Source: an uncultured delta proteobacterium
Lineage (GTDB): Bacteria; Myxococcota; Myxococcia; Myxococcales; Myxococcaceae
Length of the DNA: 64,000 bases
Reading direction: 5' to 3'
NCBI GenBank assembly: GCA_963796055.1
Contig: CAWCKH010000001.1
Coordinates: 64,001-128,000, forward strand
In this document: positions 59,990 to 64,000 of the stretch, in pieces
Layout: each line of letters begins with the position of its first letter
Position numbering within the stretch: the stretch's first letter is position 1
Program-made: the position numbers and the translations under genes
The notes under the pieces: model-generated
What the model was told of the DNA's origin: nothing
What the model saw: the letters and a program-made list of their open reading frames with translations, nothing else
The model's database searches: none

Positions 59990-61687
59990 TTGCCGACCAT
60001 CGCCCTCCTCAGCGACGCGCTGATCGACCAGATCGCCGCCGGCGAGGTGGTGGAGCGCCCGGCCTCGGTGGTGAAGGAGCTGGGGGAGAACGCGCTCGAT
60101 GCCGGGGCGCGCTCGGTCCGCATCTCCATCGAGGGTGGAGGCACGCGGCTCATCGAGGTGACCGACGATGGCTCGGGCATGTCCCGCGAGGATGCGCTCC
60201 TGAGCGTCCGCCGGCACGCGACGAGCAAGCTCCGGACCGCCGAGGACCTCCTGGCCATCCGGACCCTCGGCTTCCGGGGTGAGGCGCTCGCGGCCATCGC
60301 CTCCGTGTCGCGTCTGGTGCTGCGCACCGCTCTGACTGGGGCATCCGAGGGCACCGAGGTCCGGGTGGAGGACGGGGAGACCCTGGTCGAACCCGCCGCA
60401 GCCCGACCCGGTACGCAGGTCCGGGTGGAGGACCTGTTCGGCGCCGTCCCTGCCCGCCGCAAGTTCCTCCGCCGCGCCGAGACCGAGCTGAAGCACGTGG
60501 AGGACGCGGTGCTGCGGCTGGCGCTCGCCCACCCGGAGGTTGCCTTCCGGCTGGAGCACGAGGGCCGGACGGTGCGGGTCCTCCCGTCGAGCCCGGGTGA
60601 GCTGCAGGAGCGCATCGCCGCCGCGCTCGGGCCCGAGGTCGCGCCGTTCCTCCTCCCGGTGGAGGAGCGGCGGCTGGGGCTCCGGGTCCACGGGGTCGTC
60701 GCCTCGCCGGAGTTCAGCCTCTCCACGGCGCGGTCCCTCTACGTCTTCGTCAACGGCCGGCACGTGCGTGACCGCACGCTCCACTTCGCGGTCCACCGCG
60801 GGCTGGCCCCGTCGCTTCCGGCCGGACGGCAGCCGGTAGGGGTGCTGTTCGTGGAGATGGAGCCGTCGCGGGTCGACGTCAACGTGCACCCCCAGAAGCT
60901 CGAGGTGCGCTTCGCCGACGCCGCCGAGGTGACGGACGCGGTGCAGGTGGCAATCGCCCGGGCGGTGCTCCGGGCATCCCTGATCGGTGGCCCCTCGAGA
61001 CCGGTGCCGCCCTCAGTCGATTATGCGGCGGCGGTGGAGCGCTTCCTCTCCCGGGCCTCGGCGGCCCCGCTCCCCCTTCCGGAGGTGCGGGACCGGCCGG
61101 CTGCCCACGGGGAGGCGCTCCCCGACCGAAACGCAGCTCCCGCGCCGGGCTACTTCTGCTCCCTGCGCCCGCTGGGGACGCTGCGGGGCAGGGCGCTGGT
61201 CTGCGAGGGCCCCGGGGGCTCCCTGGTGGTGCTCGACCTCCACGCCGCCCGCGAGCGGGTCCTCGCCGACCGGCTGGAGCGCGAGGCCGCCGTGCCCCTC
61301 GAGGCGCCGCTGCTGGGGGCGGCGCTCGCCTTGACCTCGGCGATGGAGGACCGCCTGTCCTCCCGCCGGGAGGCGCTCGCCCGGGCGGGGGTGGTGGTCG
61401 AGCCGTTCGGGCCGGACGCGTTCCGCCTGGTGGGGATTCCACCGGCTCTGGTGGGCCATCGCCCCGAGGCCCTGGTCGAGGCCGCCGTCGGCGCGCTCGA
61501 GGGTGGGCAAGGAGCGGCCGAGGTGCGCGCCGCACTCGCCTGCGCCGCGGCGGCCGAGGGACGCGAGCCCTCCGCCGACGAGATCCGCCAGCTGCTCGCC
61601 GCGCTCGACGCGACGGACCCGGGTGCACGGGTGCGACACGGCCGAGTGGTGGTGGAGGAGCGCGCGGTGCTCTCGCATCTGGCGTGA
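59990..61687 (+). CDS. mutL: DNA mismatch repair protein MutL
   Basis: QIAAGEVVERPASVVKELGENALDAGA, RHATSK, TLGFRGEALAAI, VDVNVHPQKLEVRF. Confidence 0.93.
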   Translation: MPTIALLSDALIDQIAAGEVVERPASVVKELGENALDAGARSVRISIEGGGTRLIEVTDDGSGMSREDALLSVRRHATSKLRTAEDLLAIRTLGFRGEALAAIASVSRLVLRTALTGASEGTEVRVEDGETLVEPAAARPGTQVRVEDLFGAVPARRKFLRRAETELKHVEDAVLRLALAHPEVAFRLEHEGRTVRVLPSSPGELQERIAAALGPEVAPFLLPVEERRLGLRVHGVVASPEFSLSTARSLYVFVNGRHVRDRTLHFAVHRGLAPSLPAGRQPVGVLFVEMEPSRVDVNVHPQKLEVRFADAAEVTDAVQVAIARAVLRASLIGGPSRPVPPSVDYAAAVERFLSRASAAPLPLPEVRDRPAAHGEALPDRNAAPAPGYFCSLRPLGTLRGRALVCEGPGGSLVVLDLHAARERVLADRLEREAAVPLEAPLLGAALALTSAMEDRLSSRREALARAGVVVEPFGPDAFRLVGIPPALVGHRPEALVEAAVGALEGGQGAAEVRAALACAAAAEGREPSADEIRQLLAALDATDPGARVRHGRVVVEERAVLSHLA

Positions 61688-61789
61688 GTCTCCATCGTCG
61701 CCCGACCAGGGGGGCGAGCGAGCGACACTTGGAATGCGGGCTGCGAGATGGTCTGTTCGGTGCCGCTACCCGGTACACGCGAGGACACG

Positions 61790-62887
61790 TTGGGGACGGA
61801 CCTGGAACGAGAGCTGGCGGACATCCGCCGCGAGGTGATCGAGGGGCGCAACCTCGTCATCCGCACCGACAACCTCCTGAAGACGCTTCACTCGGAGGTG
61901 AAGGCCTTCGGCGCGAGGCAGAAGGAGTTCGAGCGGCGGCAGATGCTCTCCTCGGCCGCGGCCTACGCCCTCTTCGTGCTGCTGGCCGGCACCGCAGCCC
62001 TGCTGCTCTCCGGCGCCCGGGCCTCGGCGGCCAACGGGGAGCGGGACAAGGCGGTCGCCGAGCTGAAGGCGCTCACCCAGTCCATCGAGAAGGAGCGAGC
62101 CGATCAGTCTGCCGTCGCCGCTGCCCGCCGCTCGGCGACCGAGGCGTATCGGATGATGACCGAGCTGCCCGGTGACCGGCGGCTGGAGGGCATCACCGCC
62201 CTGTCCAAGGTGGATCAGAGCAAGCTCGATCCGCTCGAGCGCCAGGCGCTGGCGGACCGGGCCGCGGCCCTCCGGCACGAGCTGGGACAGACCGCCTTCG
62301 AGCGAGGGAAGGCCGCGTTCCGGCGCAACGAGTGGGCGGCGGCCACCGAGGACCTCTCCCGCTTCCTGGCGATGCAGCCCGCGGAACCCGAGCAGCTCGA
62401 GGCGTCCTTCATGCTGGGCAACGCGCTGGTCCAGCAGCGCAAGTACGAACCGGCCATCGCCCCCCTCAAGACGTTCGTGGAGAAGGACCGCCGGAGCAAG
62501 AACCGCGAGTGGGCGATGACCCTGCTCGCGCAGGCCTACGAGCAGACCGGGAAGCCGGAGCAGGCCGCGGCGGTGGCCCGCGAGGCGCTGGGGATGTACC
62601 CCGCCTCGCAGTTCACCCCGATGCTGAAGGCCCGGCTCTCCGCGGCCAAGCGCGCCCTGTCGGGCACCGAGGGCGCCGATGGCGGGGTCACCACCGGGGC
62701 CACCGGCAACCCGGCGGTCCCCCCGGCCGCCGCGCCCGCCCCGGCCACCGCGGCAGCCACCGAGCGGGGCGATGCCGGTGCCACCGCTCCGAGGCCCCGT
62801 CCGGCGGCGTTCAAGACCGCCGCCGAGTCCTCGGCCGGCCTGCTGCCTCCGGCGGGGAACGCCACCGCCCCCGCTCGGCAGCCCTGA
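61790..62887 (+). CDS. Membrane-anchored coiled-coil/TPR protein
   Basis: Coiled coil, one TM segment, TPR repeats, Ala/Pro-rich tail; TTG 61790 after GAGGA. Confidence 0.75.
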   Translation: MGTDLERELADIRREVIEGRNLVIRTDNLLKTLHSEVKAFGARQKEFERRQMLSSAAAYALFVLLAGTAALLLSGARASAANGERDKAVAELKALTQSIEKERADQSAVAAARRSATEAYRMMTELPGDRRLEGITALSKVDQSKLDPLERQALADRAAALRHELGQTAFERGKAAFRRNEWAAATEDLSRFLAMQPAEPEQLEASFMLGNALVQQRKYEPAIAPLKTFVEKDRRSKNREWAMTLLAQAYEQTGKPEQAAAVAREALGMYPASQFTPMLKARLSAAKRALSGTEGADGGVTTGATGNPAVPPAAAPAPATAAATERGDAGATAPRPRPAAFKTAAESSAGLLPPAGNATAPARQP

Positions 62888-62893
62888 ACGGCC

Positions 62894-63388
62894 ATGGCCC
62901 GCACCGCGCCTGCGCGAGACCCACGCTACCGCCCGTTCCGGGTGGCGGTCCTGGCGGTCTACCTGGTCGTGGTGTCGGTCTTCTGCATCCTCATCACCGC
63001 CAGCGTCTTCCGGTCGGCGCGGGCGATGAGCCCGCGGCGCGAGCCCATCCGGACCGCGACCCTCGGCCGGGAGGCATGCACCGGGCGCGCCTCGGAGCTC
63101 CTCGACGAGATGGAGCGCCAGCGGCGGGCGCTCACCGGCATCACCCCCGCCTCCCGGGCGGACACCACCTGGATGTCGTTCCGGGTGGAGTGGCTGGACC
63201 GGCTCCGGCAGGCCGAGCACAGCTGCGGCGTGGACGCCCCGGAACGGCAGGATCTCGCCGCGCTCTTCCGGCAGCTGGAGCACCTCGAGGACCTCTACAC
63301 GACCTCGGCGGTCCAGTACGCGGGGGAGATCGGTCCGGCGCTGGACCGCTTCCACGGGATGATGGCCCGGGCGCGCGCGACGCAGTGA
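62894..63388 (+). CDS. Hypothetical membrane-anchored protein
   Basis: N-terminal TM segment followed by a helical domain with two Cys. Confidence 0.7.
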   Translation: MARTAPARDPRYRPFRVAVLAVYLVVVSVFCILITASVFRSARAMSPRREPIRTATLGREACTGRASELLDEMERQRRALTGITPASRADTTWMSFRVEWLDRLRQAEHSCGVDAPERQDLAALFRQLEHLEDLYTTSAVQYAGEIGPALDRFHGMMARARATQ

Positions 63389-63410
63389 GGAGGGATCGCC
63401 GCCCCCGTTG

Positions 63411-64000
63411 CTACTGCTGGGGCAGGAGGATGCGCACCTCTCCGCTCTCGTCCGAGACGTCCTCGCCGAGGAGCAGGGCGCGGGCCGTGCCATCCTCCAG
63501 CGTCTGCTGCCGGTAGATCCGCACCAGCGCCTGGGGCACCACCTGGCCGGCGTCGCGCAGAACCCGCGCGGTGAGCGTGCGCCCGGTGGGAAGGGTCAGC
63601 GGCTCCAGCTGCGCTCCGTCCATGGTGACCCGGACCAGCCGGCGGGCCACCGGAAGCGGGGCGCCGGGCTGCACCTCCAGCTGGTAGACGGCCGGATCGA
63701 GCCGCACGGCGAAGCTGCCGGCCTGGCTCGTCTCGCCCGAGGCCCCGGCCGGCGGCAACGGGGTCACCCCATCCGCGGGAAACAGCGGGTCGGCGCGCAG
63801 CGCAGCACCCGCGAGCGGCCCTGCGTCCGGCAGGAGCAGCGCGCCCCGGAGCACCGGGCGAGCCGGGCAGGTCCAGGTCCCGACGACCGGCGCGCCGGAC
63901 GGCACGTCCACCGGAGCCCGCAGGAGCCCGGCGATGGAGCCGGGGGGGGGATGATCCACAGCTGGAGCGTGCCCGGTCCGTCCTGGGGCAGCGTGCGGAG
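63411..64000 (-). CDS. Hypothetical beta-rich protein (partial; apparent frameshift at a G9 run)
   Basis: ORF 63411..63959 with carboxypeptidase-regulatory-like strands; the upstream coding-like frame differs across the G9 run at 63942-63950. Confidence 0.55.
   Translation of the reverse strand, partial: PHAAPGRTGHAPAVDHPPPGSIAGLLRAPVDVPSGAPVVGTWTCPARPVLRGALLLPDAGPLAGAALRADPLFPADGVTPLPPAGASGETSQAGSFAVRLDPAVYQLEVQPGAPLPVARRLVRVTMDGAQLEPLTLPTGRTLTARVLRDAGQVVPQALVRIYRQQTLEDGTARALLLGEDVSDESGEVRILLPQQ

Overview
Very GC-rich bacterial chromosome segment. Gene content and ribosomal-protein extensions suggest a myxobacterium (Myxococcota; inference). The centre carries the core translation cluster: rpsL-rpsG-fusA (21.3-24.3 kb), then the S10-spc-alpha operons (33.3-48.8 kb). 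Two departures from the canonical order are visible: tuf is absent after fusA, where a ~9 kb accessory block sits instead, and rplC is absent between rpsJ and rplD. The flanks hold housekeeping and envelope genes (argS, plsB, dnaJ, rimI, rlmI-like, mutL, psuG, SLT transglycosylase, DciA/DUF721, subtilase, CPBP protease). The best hidden signal is a lipoprotein TlpA/thioredoxin-fold gene (10929-11414) that the ORF track splits in two. Its in-frame TGA sits at the first Cys of the CxxC motif (UxxC) and is followed by a SECIS-like hairpin, indicating a probable selenoprotein. Other leads: a 28-aa hydrophobic peptide with a hairpin-sequestered start, a 77-bp tandem duplication upstream of rpsL, an EF-G2-like fusA, a MutL with degenerate nuclease motifs, and a ferritin-like diiron gene missed by the ORF track. 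No rRNA, tRNA, CRISPR array, integrase or transposase was recognised. All family calls are from motif recognition by eye; no database searches were run.
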